A stretch of 64,000 bases of DNA. It comes from Heptranchias perlo. Its lineage: Eukaryota. Below the pieces are notes generated by a model. It had not been told where the DNA came from. It saw nothing but the letters and a program-made list of their open reading frames with translations, and made no database searches. The position numbers and the translations under genes are program-made. Shown here piece after piece: positions 43,035 through 55,299 of this stretch (position 1 is its first letter; each line of letters starts with the position of its first letter). The stretch covers positions 26,288,001-26,352,000 of the forward strand of contig NC_090370.1 of assembly GCF_035084215.1 (NCBI RefSeq). The letters run 5' to 3'.

Positions 43035-43665
43035 AGGAAGTAACTGGTTAGGGAGTGTCTGTAAATGAAGGAAATATGTTGGCGTGTCAGGTTGCGACTG
43101 CAAATGAAGGAGAAATGGTGACTGGTCAGACAGTGTCTTTAAATGAAGGAGAAATGGTGACTGGTCAGGGAGTGTCTTTAAATGAAGGAGAAATGGTGAC
43201 GGGTCAGGGAGAGTCCTTAAATGAAGGAGAAATGGTGACTGGTCAGGGAGAGTCCTTAAATGAAGGAGAAATGGTGACTGGTCAGGGAGAGTCCTTAAAT
43301 GAAGGAGAAATGGTGACTGGTCAGGGAGAGTCCTTAAATGAAGGAGAAATGGTGACGGGTCAGGGAGAGTCCTTAAATGAAGGAGAAATGGTGACTGGTC
43401 AGGGAGAGTCCTTAAATGAAGGAGAAATGGTGACGGGTCAGGTAATGTTTGTAACTGAATGAGAAATAGTGACTTATCAGGGAGTGTCTGTAAATGAAGG
43501 AGGTCAGGGTGAATCTTCAAATGAAGGATAAATAGTGACTGGTCAGGGAGTATCTGGAATTGAAGGAAAATGGTGACGGGTTTGGGAGAATCTGCAAATG
43601 AAGTAGAATAGTGACAGATTAGGGACCGTCTTTAAATGAACGAGAAAAGGTGACTGGTCAGAGAG
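43035..43665. repeat. 39-bp minisatellite
   Basis: AAATGAAGGAGAAATGGTGACTGGTCAGGGAGAGTCCTT, homogeneous core 43100-43440. Confidence 0.93.
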
Positions 43666-43759
43666 AGTCCGTCGCCAAAAGTGGGAGATACCACAGATGG
43701 ACAGCTTACCGGCAGCAATAGGGTGGGACGTAATGTCGAAATGAGGGGGAGAGCATATA

Positions 43760-44008
43760 TCCCCAGCCAGTCTCAGCATCTTCAGGAGAGGAGAGGGAGG
43801 GGAACCACTGAGTGTGGAACTGAACCCGGTCAGAGCCAGCACCTTCAGGGGAGGAGAGAGAGGGAGAGGGGAACCAGTGAGTGTCGAACTGAACCCAATC
43901 AGAGTAAGCACCTTCAGGGGAGGAGAGAGAGGGGAACCAGTAAGTGCAGAACTGAACCCAGCCAGAGTCAGCACCTTCAGGGGAGGAGAGAGAGAGAGAT
44001 GGGAACCT
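43760..44008. repeat. ~63-69-bp tandem repeat
   Basis: GAACTGAACCC..CAGAGTCAGCACCTTCAGGGGAGGAGAGAG x~4. Confidence 0.8.
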
Positions 44009-44011
44009 TCA

Positions 44012-44140
44012 CCGTGTCGAGCTTCTTGAATGTTGTTGGAGCTGCACTCATCCAGGCAAGTGGAGAGTATTCCATCACACTCCTGACTTGTGCCTTGTCG
44101 ATGGTGGAAAGGCTTTGGGGAGTCAGGAGGTGAGTCACCC
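44012..44140 (-). mobile_element. LINE RT C-terminal fragment (CR1/L2 group)
   Basis: LLTPQSLSTIDKAQVRSVMEYSPLAWMSAAPTTFKKLD. Confidence 0.7.
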
Positions 44141-44149
44141 GCGAATAAT

Positions 44150-45555
44150 GAATAAAATTAAAACTAAAGAAAAAGGCGTACGCTGAGTACATCGACAATA
44201 CCGGAGAGGATGAGAAAAGGGAACGTGAGAAGATTGGGAACAAAGTAAAAAAAACAATTCGGAAAGCAAAGAGGAACGACGAGGTTGAATTAAATTATCA
44301 AGCAGTATAAAAATAGTTAATGATTCGACAGACACATAAATAACAGAAGAAAAATCAGGATAGGGATAGGGCCACTGAGGGATACATAGGATAAACTCAC
44401 AGGTAATGACAGGGAAATGGCGGGAATATTCAATAATTACTTTGCCGCAGTATTTGTGAGGTTATCCACTTTGGTTGTAAATACAGAAAAGCAGATTATT
44501 ATCTGAATGGTGATGGATTGGGAAAAGGGGAGGTGCAACGTGATCTGGGTGTCCTTGTACACCAGTCGCTGAAAGCGAGCATTCAGGAGCAGCAAGCCGT
44601 TCGGAAGGCGAACGGTATGTTAGCCTTCATTGCAAGAGGATTTGAGTACAGGAGCAGGGATGTCTTACTGCAGTTGTACAGGGCCTTGGTGAGACCACAT
44701 CTGGAGTATTGTGTGCAGTTTTGGTCTCCTTATCTGAGGAAGGATGTCCTTGCCATGGAAGGAGTGCAACGAAGGTTTACCAGACTGATTCCTGGGATGG
44801 CAGCACTGACGTATGAGGAGAGATTGGGTCGAGTCGGCCTATATTCACTAAAGTTTAGAAGAATGAGAGGTGATCTCATCGAAACATATAAAATTCTATC
44901 AGGACCAGACAGACTGGATGCAGGGAGGATGTTCCCGATGGCTGGGGAGTCCAGAACCAGGGGTCACAGTCTCAGGATACGGGGTATGCCATTTAGAACC
45001 GAGACGAGGAGAAATTTCTTCACTCAGAGGGTGGTGAACCTGTGGATTTCTCTCGCACAGAAGGCAGTTAGGCCAAGCCATTAGATGTATTCAAGAAGGA
45101 GATAGATATATTTCTCAATGCTAAAGGGATCAAGGGATATGGGGAAAAAGCAGGAACAGGTTACTGAGTTAGACGATCAGCCATGATCATTTTGAATGGT
45201 GGAGCAGACCCGAAGGGCCGAATGGCCTACTATTGCTCCTATTTTCGATGTTTCTATTTACCACAGAGACCAGCAAGGTGGGCAGGACATTGGAAGGAGA
45301 GATCGAAGAAGATACAAAGACATTTAAGACAGGAAGGGAATTCAGGAGAAACTTCTTCACCCAGAGAGTAGTGAGAATGTGGAATTCACTCCCACAAGGA
45401 GTGGTTGGGGCGAACAGCAGATAAAGACATGAGGGAGAAAGGAATAGAAGAATAGGGTGAGATGAAGTTGGGAGGGAGGAGGCTCGTGTGGAGCTTAAAC
45501 ACCGGCATGGCCTTGATGGGCCGTCCCTGTTCTGTGCTCTCAAAGTGATTCAATG
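44150..45555 (+). mobile_element. CR1 LINE fragments (three pieces)
   Basis: QRDLGVLVHQSLK...[19 protein letters not shown]; 3' UTR and tail at ~45255; further 3' piece 45320-45550. Confidence 0.9.
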
Positions 45556-46094
45556 TAATTCACCTTCACTGCTCTCGGGGGAACAACCCCAGCTTCTTCA
45601 GTCTTTCCCCAGAACTGGAGTCCCTCATCCCTGGCACCATTCTAATCAATTTCCTCGTCACCCACTCCTCAGTTTGAAGTGCTGCCTGGCACACTCTCTT
45701 CCTCACATGTTGTCCCCACAAACCCCCAACCCCCAACCAAGCCCGAGGGCACTGAGCCCAAGTCCAGCCGAGGTCGAACCTCAGCTGCAGGCCCGAGCTC
45801 GAGCCTGGGACTTTTGTAATCTCTGGGGCTCAGCGCTGGACGGTGCATTCGCCCAGCCGTCTGAGGGAGCTGTCCCTGGCTCTCTGAGTGGGGACCCAGG
45901 GGAAAATATTGACGTCTTTTTTTTAACCTGTGATTGGTGTCTGACTCGTCTCACCCAAAGAGTCGGGGATATTGGCTTAACGCTATGATTCCGTCAGCAT
46001 GGCTATGTTCGGCTGTTATTTGACTAGTTTGTGGTACAACTCGGCCCAATTCTTTACACAAACCCCCAGATGTTATTGTGGAGAATTTTGTGAA

Positions 46095-46167
46095 ATGTAC
46101 TGCTGGTATTTGAACCCAAGATATTCGGTTTATAGAACAGGTGTTCGAACCACTGAGCCACGGCGCC
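46095..46167 (-). pseudogene. tRNA-Thr(AGT)-derived pseudogene
   Basis: Reverse complement GGCGCCGTGGCTCAGTGGTTCGAACACCTGTTCTATAAACCGAATATCTTGGGTTCAAATACCAGCAGTACAT aligns to vertebrate Thr-AGT with broken stems. Confidence 0.7.
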
Positions 46168-46642
46168 CACATGTTTTGAATTATTTCCTACCGTTATGGT
46201 ATTGATACATTTGCCAAGCCACTTTGTTGCGCCTTCTCCCTCAATACGTCTGCGCAATAACATCAATCTTTTGTTCATCAGTCTCTGCATGGGAAACCAT
46301 GGGTATCAGTCATGATCTTCTCTTCCTTATCCCATGTCAGTACATCTTATATCGAGCTCTATTCATCCTGTTGTATTTCCACACTCTCTCCAGACTATCT
46401 GGTCTTATCCAATTACATTTCTCATCGCTTCCCACAAAATGTTGGTGAGTAATGTCTGTGATACACCAGGCCCTGACCTCCTCCTGTGGGTGACCTCCTA
46501 CAAATATTGCACAATAGTCTAATGTGTGTGTGTTTTATATTCGGAAATGTGTATTAGCGCTAGTCTACCTGGTGTATATATTCTCACACAAACGGCAATA
46601 TAGCTGTAGAGCATTTAAATTTTAGAAAGTCTTAATTGATAA

Positions 46643-46783
46643 GACAAATATAAGGAATCTTACAACATCAGGTTATAGTCCAACAGTTTTATTTGAAAAT
46701 AAAACTGTTGGACTATAACCTGGTGTTGTAAGATTCCTTACATTTGTCCACCCCAGTCCATCACCGGCATCTCCACATCATGG
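46643..46783. mobile_element. Penelope-like fold-back insertion with 12-bp TSD
   Basis: Inverted arms 46643-46694 / 46697-46748; TTGATAAGACAA at 46636-46647 and 46784-46795. Confidence 0.8.
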
Positions 46784-46940
46784 TTGATAAGACAAGTTGT
46801 CCCTCTCCATTTCAACAAAATATAAACAATCCAGGGATACAGACTTCAAACACCGGTGTCGGATTGGTATTAATTGCTTTCAAGCCCATTTTGATTGCAC
46901 AAAACTTACGCAGGGCCGTAACAAAAGTTCAATACAATAA

Positions 46941-46986
46941 CGACACGGATGGGATTCGGACCCATACCGACAGAGCACAATGGATT
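46941..46986 (-). pseudogene. 3' half of a tRNA-Ser(GCT)-like gene
   Basis: Reverse complement AATCCATTGTGCTCTG..TGGGTCCGAATCCCATCCGTGTCG. Confidence 0.65.
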
Positions 46987-47196
46987 CGCCGACCATTTCT
47001 GAATCCAAACAGTAGAAATAAAGTCACTTTGACACTATGTCCTGCCCGTGCACCCAGATCGACAATATTGAAAATGTGGAGTCAATTTCTGAAAGCAAAG
47101 TAATTTAGGGATTTCTGTTCCATCCGACTGTTCGAAACGGTCGGGTGCAAAACAGTTCGGGCGCACGTCGGACAACTTTTCACCCAGCGAGTAAAA

Positions 47197-47286
47197 CGAC
47201 CGCGGCAGGACTCGAACCTGCAATCTTCTGATAACAACTCGAGTTAATACCGAAGTCAGACGCCTTATCCATTCGGCCACGCGGCC
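47197..47286 (-). tRNA. tRNA-Arg(TCG) with a 17-nt intron (47233-47249)
   Basis: GGCCGCGTGGCCGAATGGATAAGGCGTCTGACTTCGG[TATTAACTCGAGTTGTT]ATCAGAAGATTGCAGGTTCGAGTCCTGCCGCGGTCG then TTTT. Confidence 0.93.
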
Positions 47287-48269
47287 GATGACGAATTGTT
47301 TCACCAAATGATCCTAAACGCTGGGCAGGGCTGGTTAATCCTCTGCTTGTCTCTTTCTCTTCCTTTCGCTTTGTTGATGTTGTTCATTTATTGTTTTTTC
47401 TCTTGCAGCAAGTTGGCTCCACTGTTTCCGACTGATCCGGAAACTGACAACTGAACTCCCGCTGGGTCTCCGAGAAACCTACAATCAGAATAAACAATGT
47501 TCAAATCTTTGATCAAAATGTTTCGCCTCCAATGCGAATCGCTTTCACACTCAGTCTGCAAAATAGAGTGAGGGGAAATGAAACAAAAGACAAATCGGTA
47601 AATTAAAAATGTACACGGAGAACAACACCGAGCGGAGAATGTGAACAGAATTTACTATCCAAGCCCGACGGGCCGAGTGGCCTCATCCTGTCCTGTAAAA
47701 TACGAACAATCCCCAATTCTGCTGGGTGAGATTATTATTTTCTGATTTTTTTTTTCTAAATATAAACGCGGACGGGGTCCCGCACCACGGGGAAAAGCGC
47801 TCAGTGTTAATGTTAATATTGAGCACGGTATTCTATCCGTGTAATAATAAAATCGCCGATTTCTTGCTATATATTCGACACAGTCCCTTGCTGTGTGTTT
47901 AATCAGGGCAGGGAATATTTTGCTGGTTTCGTGATATTCATTTTTCTGGAAATTAGTGAACTCGTCTCGAAACATGAGTTTTCCAGTTTCTGTTTCGCTC
48001 AATGGAGTTGAGGTGCAGATCAGCGATGAGCTGCTGTGACTCCGCCGCGCCGGTTTAACCGGAATTAGACGTTTCAGTGAAGTGAACCGTCTCAATCCGG
48101 TTTATTTCTTTATTTCTAACATTGTTTATTTTGCGTGGTAGATTTATCGAAATTTCATTCAGAGTTCAGTTGTCAGTTTTCTGATCAGTTGGAATCTGAA
48201 GAAGATAAAAATAAGGAAATAAAAACATTACAAAGGTCCAAACTCGAACTGATACAATCACCTTGTCTT

Positions 48270-48515
48270 CACCTTGAAGAGTAATTCGTTCTCCCTGCTA
48301 CCCTGATCAATATTTATCCCTCCAGTAACATAACTAGCACACATTATCTGGTCATTGTCACATCGCTGTGTTTGGGATCTTGCTGTGTGCAAATTGGCTG
48401 CCTCGTTTCCTACATGTCAGCAGTGACTACACTCCAAAGAGTGGTTCGTTGTCTGTAAAGCGCTTTGGGACGTCCGAGGTGGTGAAGAGCGCAATCGAAA
48501 TGCAATCTTTCTTCC
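48270..48515 (+). mobile_element. DeuSINE-type SINE 3' part
   Basis: ATTATCTGGTCATT..CACAT..GGGATCTTGCTGTGTGCAAATTGGCTGCC..TTTCCTACA; tail TGTAAAGCGCTTTGGGACGTCC. Confidence 0.7.
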
Positions 48516-48839
48516 TGTGGCCCCATGTGCCAGGTACCATATCCGAATCCTGTCGACTGGCGCAAACAGGAAACGTTGGGGGAAAAATTGGATAAGGGCC
48601 GTTTTGGGCTTATGTCGCGTGATGCGCTGTTACTCCGCGCCCAGGTCGGTGAATGGCTGGCGAGTCTTCGGTTTTTTCCTCTGATTTGGGGAATTGGGTA
48701 AAATTGAATTAAAAGCTTGAAGTATCAAACTCCTGGAAGCTCATTAAAATTAAAGCTTAAACTACTTAACTAGAGTAAAATAAACAAAAATAACCGTAAT
48801 TTGTTTTTGCTTTGTTTAAGTTAATCGAATATATTAAGG

Positions 48840-49590
48840 CATGGCAGGGTAGCTCAAACCTGTCGAATGCACGACCTGTGCCATGTGGGAACTCCGGGAC
48901 TCATCCCGTGTCCTGGACAAGACTGTAGTGGGAGTTGTGCATGGGCCCCCTTGTCGAAGCTGTGAAGTTGCAGAATGTATAAATGCGGAGATGAGACAAG
49001 CATGCAGCAAAGGCAGAGTGGTTTTAATGGGGAATAGATTTCAACTTTCATATAGATTGGGATAAACAGACGAGCTCATGTCAGAAAGGTAATGAATTTT
49101 TTGCGTGTGTTCAGGAAAGCTTTCTGCAACAATGAGTCCGAGGGCGAACAAGGGGGCAGGCCATATTAGATTTAACAATGGGTAATGAGCCAGATTTAGT
49201 TCATATCCTAACGGTGTATGAACATTGATCTAAATTGGAAAATTGCACATGTCACTCCACTATTTAAGAAAGGTGACAGAAGGAAAATCGGGAATTATAG
49301 ACCAATTAGCCAAACATCTGGTTTCGAGAAATTACCAGAGTCTATAATTAAGGATAGTGACTGAACACCTTGAACATTTTCAGCTGATCAGGAAGAGCCA
49401 GCATGGATTTGTTTTGAGGAGGTGAATAAAATGGTGGAGCGGGGATTGTCTATGGGTGTTGTTTGTATGGACTTCCGAAAGGCATTCGATAAAGTCCCTC
49501 AGAAGAGGCTGTTAGCTAAAGTTGAAGCTCTTGGAACTAAGGGGTATTTATTGATCTGGTTTACAAGTTGCAGAGCGGCAGAAGACATTG
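48840..49590 (+). mobile_element. Degenerate CR1 fragments
   Basis: VCMDFRKAFDKVPQKRLL; endonuclease remnants. Confidence 0.75.
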
Positions 49591-50119
49591 GGCCAGAAAT
49601 CGCTGCGAGCGGCGAGGCAACGCTCACCACAGCTCCTGCGAATTAAATTCACAAAAATACTTACTGTCGGCTCTGTGGCGATGAATTGCTTGAATTTGAA
49701 CTTTACAAAAATTGGGCACAATCAACCCAGCCTCTGAGCAGCGTGATTTGCTGCGCAGCTGGAAAGCTGTGTGAGAAAAAGACACGACCACAAAATCGGT
49801 AAGGACGAGAGTCCCGCCCACAGAATCAGGCTGCATTGCTCAAACAAGCAAGCAGACTTCATTCCTTTAAAGTTCGCATTCTGTATGTCATTGCAAATAA
49901 AAACAATAATAATAAAAAGCCAAAGAAATCATTGAATTACATTAAAGAGACAGAAGGGAAAAGTTTTAAAAAATAATATTGTAATTTTAATTCTTTTTCA
50001 ACAACCAAAAACTAATATAATAAGGAATAATATGAGAGACCCCATTTTTAAAAGTTAATCTTTACTTGTATGGCAGTCATTAAAAAATACCGAGCTGTTA
50101 AAATTCAGTTTGGACCTTT

Positions 50120-50592
50120 TATTTAGTAGAATGATACCTGGACTTCAAGGGTTAAATTATGACGAGAGATTACACAAACTAGGGTTGTATTCTCTGGAAT
50201 TTAGAAGACGAAGGGGTGATTTCATCGAAGTTTTCAAAATATTAACGGGAACTGATAGGGGAGATGGAGAGAAACTATGTCCACTGGTTGGGGAATCTCG
50301 GACTCGGGGTCAGAGCCGAACAAATCGAGCCAGAAGTTTCAGGAGTGAAGTTAGGAAACACTTCCACACGCAAAAAGTGGTCGACGTTCGGAATTCACTT
50401 CCGCAAACAGCAGTTGATGCGAGATCAATTGTTAATTTTAAATCTGAGGTTGATATATTTTTGTTAACCCTGTGTTCAGGGATTATGGGATTAAGGTGGG
50501 TATGTGAAATTAGGTCAGAGATCCGCCATGATCCCATTGAATGGCGGAACAGGCTCGAGAGGCTGAATGGCCTCCTCCTGTTCCTGTGTTCC
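50120..50592 (+). mobile_element. CR1 3' fragment
   Basis: RMIPGLQGLNYDERLHKLGLYSLEFRR; tail TTCCTGTG. Confidence 0.85.
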
Positions 50593-50647
50593 TGGTCAAT
50601 GTCATCACCTACCACAACCACCAGCAGGGGCCGCTGCTGACCAGCAG

Positions 50648-51700
50648 TGACAGAGCAGAGAGACAGAGAAAGAGGCAAGAGAAAGAGACGCATCCAAAAG
50701 AAGAGTGAGAAATGGGCAGGGGGAGGGAGAGAGAAAAATAAAGACAGATTCATATAGTTGGGGAGAGAGAACGAGACAGACAGACAGGGGACAAAGAGAG
50801 AGACAAACAGAGAAGAGAGAGCAAGAGATAGAGATAAATAGGGGAGGCAGAAAGAGAGACAGAGAGAGAGGGGGATAGAGGCAGAGATAATTGAGGGAAT
50901 GAGAGAGAGAGACGGAGAGAGTTACGGAGAGGAGGACGGAGAGAGAGACGGAGATGGGGGGGGGAGAGAAAGAGATGGAGAGGGGGACAGAGAGACAGTG
51001 ATAGAGAGGCAGATAATCAGTAGGGAGAGAGAGACAGAGAGGTAGAGACACACAGATGGTAAGGGAGAAAGAATGAAAGACACAAACAGAGGGAGAAACA
51101 GACAGACAGACAGAGAGGGCGGTGGGAGGAAGCGAGAGAGAGAGAGAGAGACGGGGATCAGTCAGAGAAGGAGAGTGGAGACGGAGACTGAAGAAGGAGA
51201 GTATAGAAGGAGAGTGGAAAATGAGAGACAAATTAGAGGGAGTGAGACAGGGAGAGAGATACATAGAGAGGGAGAATGAGTACATGGAGAGCGACAGAGA
51301 GACAGACAGACTGTAAGCGTCAGAATAATTGAGAGAGAGAAAAAGTGGGCGTGAGGGAGAAAGAAAGAGACAGACAGAGGGAGAAACAGACTGATAAAGA
51401 GAGAGAAACAGGGGAGACAGAGCAACAAGGAAGATAGAGAGGGAGAGAGGGGAATGGATCTAAGAGTGTAGAGGGAAGGAGATAGAGAGACAGAGCGAGT
51501 AGAGACATGGAGAGAAGTGTAGAGGCAGAGAGACGGGGAAAGGAAGAGAGAGAGAAAGAGAGTAGAGGGTGAATGACCGGGAATGAAAGATAATCAGAGG
51601 ATGTCAATGGGAGAGGGTCAGAGGCAGACAAAGTGACAGATTTAGAGAGTATCGGGAGAGTCATAAGGGAATAAAGTTGAGATCAGCAAGAGAGGGGAAG
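50648..51700. repeat. GA-rich low-complexity tract (also 54820-55245)
   Basis: Degenerate (GA)n/(GACA)n. Confidence 0.9.
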
Positions 51701-51719
51701 ACCCAGGGGAAATCTACAA

Positions 51720-54700
51720 TACAAATAGTACAAACAGTTGTTCAAGAACAAATGAAAGAGAAAAGCGTAGAGCAGCGGAAAGAAAGTGTACTTTAGGCAC
51801 GACAGATAAAATAAAAACTAGAAGGCGTAAGGCGATTAACCCAGCATCAAAGCTGTGGCAGGGGGTTGGGAACCTGAGCATGGAGACAGAGGAAAGCGTG
51901 TCAGGAAGGGACAGAACGTATGGAGTAAAAGGTAAAGTGTTAAAAAAGGAAAAAGCAGGAACTAAGTGTCACAAAACATAATTGAAAGTTCTTTATCTGA
52001 ATGCACGTAGCATTCGTAACAAAATGGACGAGTTAACGGCATAAATTACTACGTATGGGTATGATCTTGTGGCCATTACAGAAACATGGCTGCAGGGTGA
52101 CAACGACTGGGAATTAAATATGCCAGGGTATTTAACAATCAGAAAGGACAGGCAGGAAGGAAGGGGAGGTGGGGTTGCTATTTTAGTAAAGGAAGGAATC
52201 ACTGTAATACAGAGAAATGATATTGGGACAAAGGATCAGGATAATGAAACAGTGTGGGTAGAGATAAAGAATAATAAGGAGAAAAAAGCACTAGTGGGCG
52301 GAGTATATATGCCTCCTAATAGTTGCAACTCTGCTGGAAGAAGTATTAATCAGGAAATAGTCGGGGCATGTATGAAGGGAACAGCAGTAATTATGGGGGA
52401 TTTTAACTATCATATTTACTGGACAAATCAAATTGGGCAGGGCAGCCTTGAGGAAGAGTTTATTGAGTGTATTAGGGATGGATTTCTTGAGCAGTCTGTA
52501 ACTGATCATACAAGGGGGCAAACAACTCATGTCCTAGTTAAGGATCCCCTTGGAATGAGTGACCATAACATGGTTACATTCCATAACCAATTAGAGGGTG
52601 AGAAGGTTGGTTCTCAAACAAGCGCACTGAGCTTGAATAAAGGAGATTATGATGGTATGAGAGCGGAATTGATTAACGTGGACTGGGAAAATTGGGTCAG
52701 ACGGTACATGAGCAGTGGTGTTCATTCAAGGAGTTATTTTACAACTTTCAAAAAATATATATTCCACTGAGGAAAAAAGGGTGTAAAAGAAATGACAGCC
52801 ATCCATGGCTAAGTAAAGAAATTAAGGATAGTATCCGACGAAAAACAAGGACATATAAGGTAGCCAAACTTAGTGGGAGGATAGAAGATTGGGAAGTCTT
52901 CAAAAGATAGCAAAAAGTAACGAAAGGATTGATTAAGAAAGGGAAGATAGATTATGAAAATAAATTCGCAAAAAATATAAAAACAGATAGCAAGAGTTTC
53001 TTTTGTTATATGAAAATAAAGGGTGACTAAGGCAAACTTAGTTCCCTTGGAGAATGAGACCGGGAAATTAATGGTGGGAAACATGGAGATGGCAAAAATG
53101 CTGAACAAATATTTTGTTTCAGTCTTTATGGTAGAGGACACTAAGAATATCGCAACACTGGACAAACAGGGGGCTCTGGGGGGGGGGGGGGGAGGAGCTA
53201 AACACGATTAAAATCACTAAGGAATAGGTACTCAGTAAATTAATGGGACTCGCGGCGGATAAATCACCTGGACCTGATGGCTTACATCCTCGTGTCTTGA
53301 GGGAAGTGGCAGTAGGGATTTTGGATGCTTTGGTAATAATTTTCCAAAATTCTCTGGACTCGGCAAAGGTCCCGGCAGATTGGAAAACTGTTAATGTAAC
53401 ACCCTTATTTAAAAAGGGTAGTAGGCAGAAGGCTGGAAATTATAGACCAGTTAGCCTAACATCTGTGGTGGGTAAAATTTTGGAGTCTATTATTAAGGAG
53501 ACAGTAGCGGAACATTTGGATAAACATAATTTAATAGGACAAAGTCAGCATGGCTTTATGAAGGGGAAGTCATGTCTCACAAATTTGCTTGAGTTCTTTG
53601 AGGATAGAACGTACAGGGTGGATAAAGGGGAACCAGTGGACGGAGTGTATTTCGACCTCCAGAAGGCATTCGACAAGGTACCACATAAAAGATTATTGCT
53701 CAAGATAAAGAATCACTGGATTGGGGGTAATATTCTGGCATGGGTGGAGGATTGGTTATCTGACAGGAAGCAGAGAGTTGGGATAAATGGTTCATTCTTG
53801 GACTGGTAACCAGTCGCCAGTGGTGTTCCTATATTAACGATTTGGAGGAGGGGACCGAGTGTAACATATCAAAGTTTGCAGATGATACAAAGATGGGAGG
53901 GAAAGTAGAGAGTGAGGAGGACATAAAAAACAACAAGCGGATATAGACAGGCTGGGTGAGTGGGCGGAGATTTGGCAGATGCAATACAATATTGGAAAAT
54001 GTGAGGTTATGCACTTTGGCAGGAAAAATCAGAGAGCAAGTTATTATTTTAATGGGGAGAAACTGGAAAGTACTGCAGTACAAAGGGATCTGGGGGTCCT
54101 CGTGCAAGAAAATCAAAAAATTAGTATGCAGGTGCAGCAGGTGATCAAGAAGGCCAACGGAATGTTTGCTTTTATTGCTAGGGGGATAGAATATAAGAAC
54201 AGGGAGGTATTGCTGCAGTTATATAAGGTATTGGTGAGACCGCACCTGGAATACTGCATACAGTTTTGGTGTCCATACTTGAGAAAAGACATACTTGCTC
54301 TCGAGGCAGTACAAAGAAGGTTCACTCGGTTAATCCCGGGGATGAGGGGGTGGACATATGAGGAGAGGTTGAGTAGATTGGGACTCTACTCATTGGAGTT
54401 CAGAAGAATGAGACGCAATCTTATTGAAATATATAAGATTTTGAAGGGGCTTGATCGGGTGGATGCGGTAAGGATGTTCCCAAGGATGAATGAGACTAGA
54501 ACGAGGGGGCATAATCTTAGAATAAGGGGCTGCTCTTTCAAAACTGAGATGAGGAGAAACTTCTTCTCTCAGAGGGTAGTAGGTCTGTGGAATTTGCTGC
54601 CCCAGGAAGCTGTGGAAGCTACATCATTAAATACATTTAAAACAGAAATGGACAGTTTCCTAAAAGTAACGGGAATTCGGGGTTACGGGGAGCGGGCAGG

Positions 54701-54820
54701 AAATTGGACATGAATTTAGATTTGAGGTTAGGATCAGATCAGCCATGATCTTATTGAATGGCGGAGCAGGCTCGAGGGGCCGATTGGCCTGCTCCTGCTC
54801 CTATTTCTTATGTTCTTATG
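51720..54820 (+). mobile_element. Long CR1 LINE: APE endonuclease plus RT, disrupted
   Basis: LYLNARSIRNK, AITETWL, MGDFN, SDHN, KSPGPDGLHP, NYRPVSLTS, QHGF, KFADDTK; stops, frameshifts and internal deletions; TTCTTATG tail. Confidence 0.95.
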
Positions 54821-55299
54821 AGAGAGTGAGACGGGGATGGGTCAGAGGGCGAGAGACAGAGACAGAGAAAGAGGGACAGAGAGATGGGGATGGGTCAGAG
54901 AATGTAATGGCAGATATTGTAGTGGCAGAGAGTGTAGTGGCACAGAGTGTAGTGGCAAGGGCCAAGAGAATGAGTAAAGGGGAAGAGTGAAAGTGAAGGT
55001 GAGATATAGAGAAAGGGAGAGAGTCAGTGAATGAGAGAGGTGGAGAGTAGAGGTGGAGGTGGGGAAAAATGGAGAATAAAGGGAGAGAGTAAGAGGGAGA
55101 GTGAAGAACGAAAGAGGGAGATACAGTGTCGAGGGAGAGAGACACGGAGAGGGTGAATGAGGAGGGGGAGGGTGACAGAGAGACAGACAGACAGACTGTG
55201 AGAGTCTGAATATTACAGACAGAGAAATAGTGGGTGTGAGAGAGAAAGAACGGATGCTCCAACCTGTTGGTAATTTCTGTAATTACCTTTTATATAATT

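Noticed and set aside
42942-43520. 13-aa repeat ORFs on both strands
   Set aside because: By-product of a stop-free 39-bp minisatellite; no splice or domain evidence
48540-48680. CCGAATCCTGTCGACT and a GC-rich stretch ending in a T-run, suggesting a tRNA or other Pol III RNA
   Set aside because: No cloverleaf or A/B box pair could be built
50605-51664. Ser/Leu-rich and Arg/Glu-rich ORFs
   Set aside because: Translations of GA-rich low-complexity DNA
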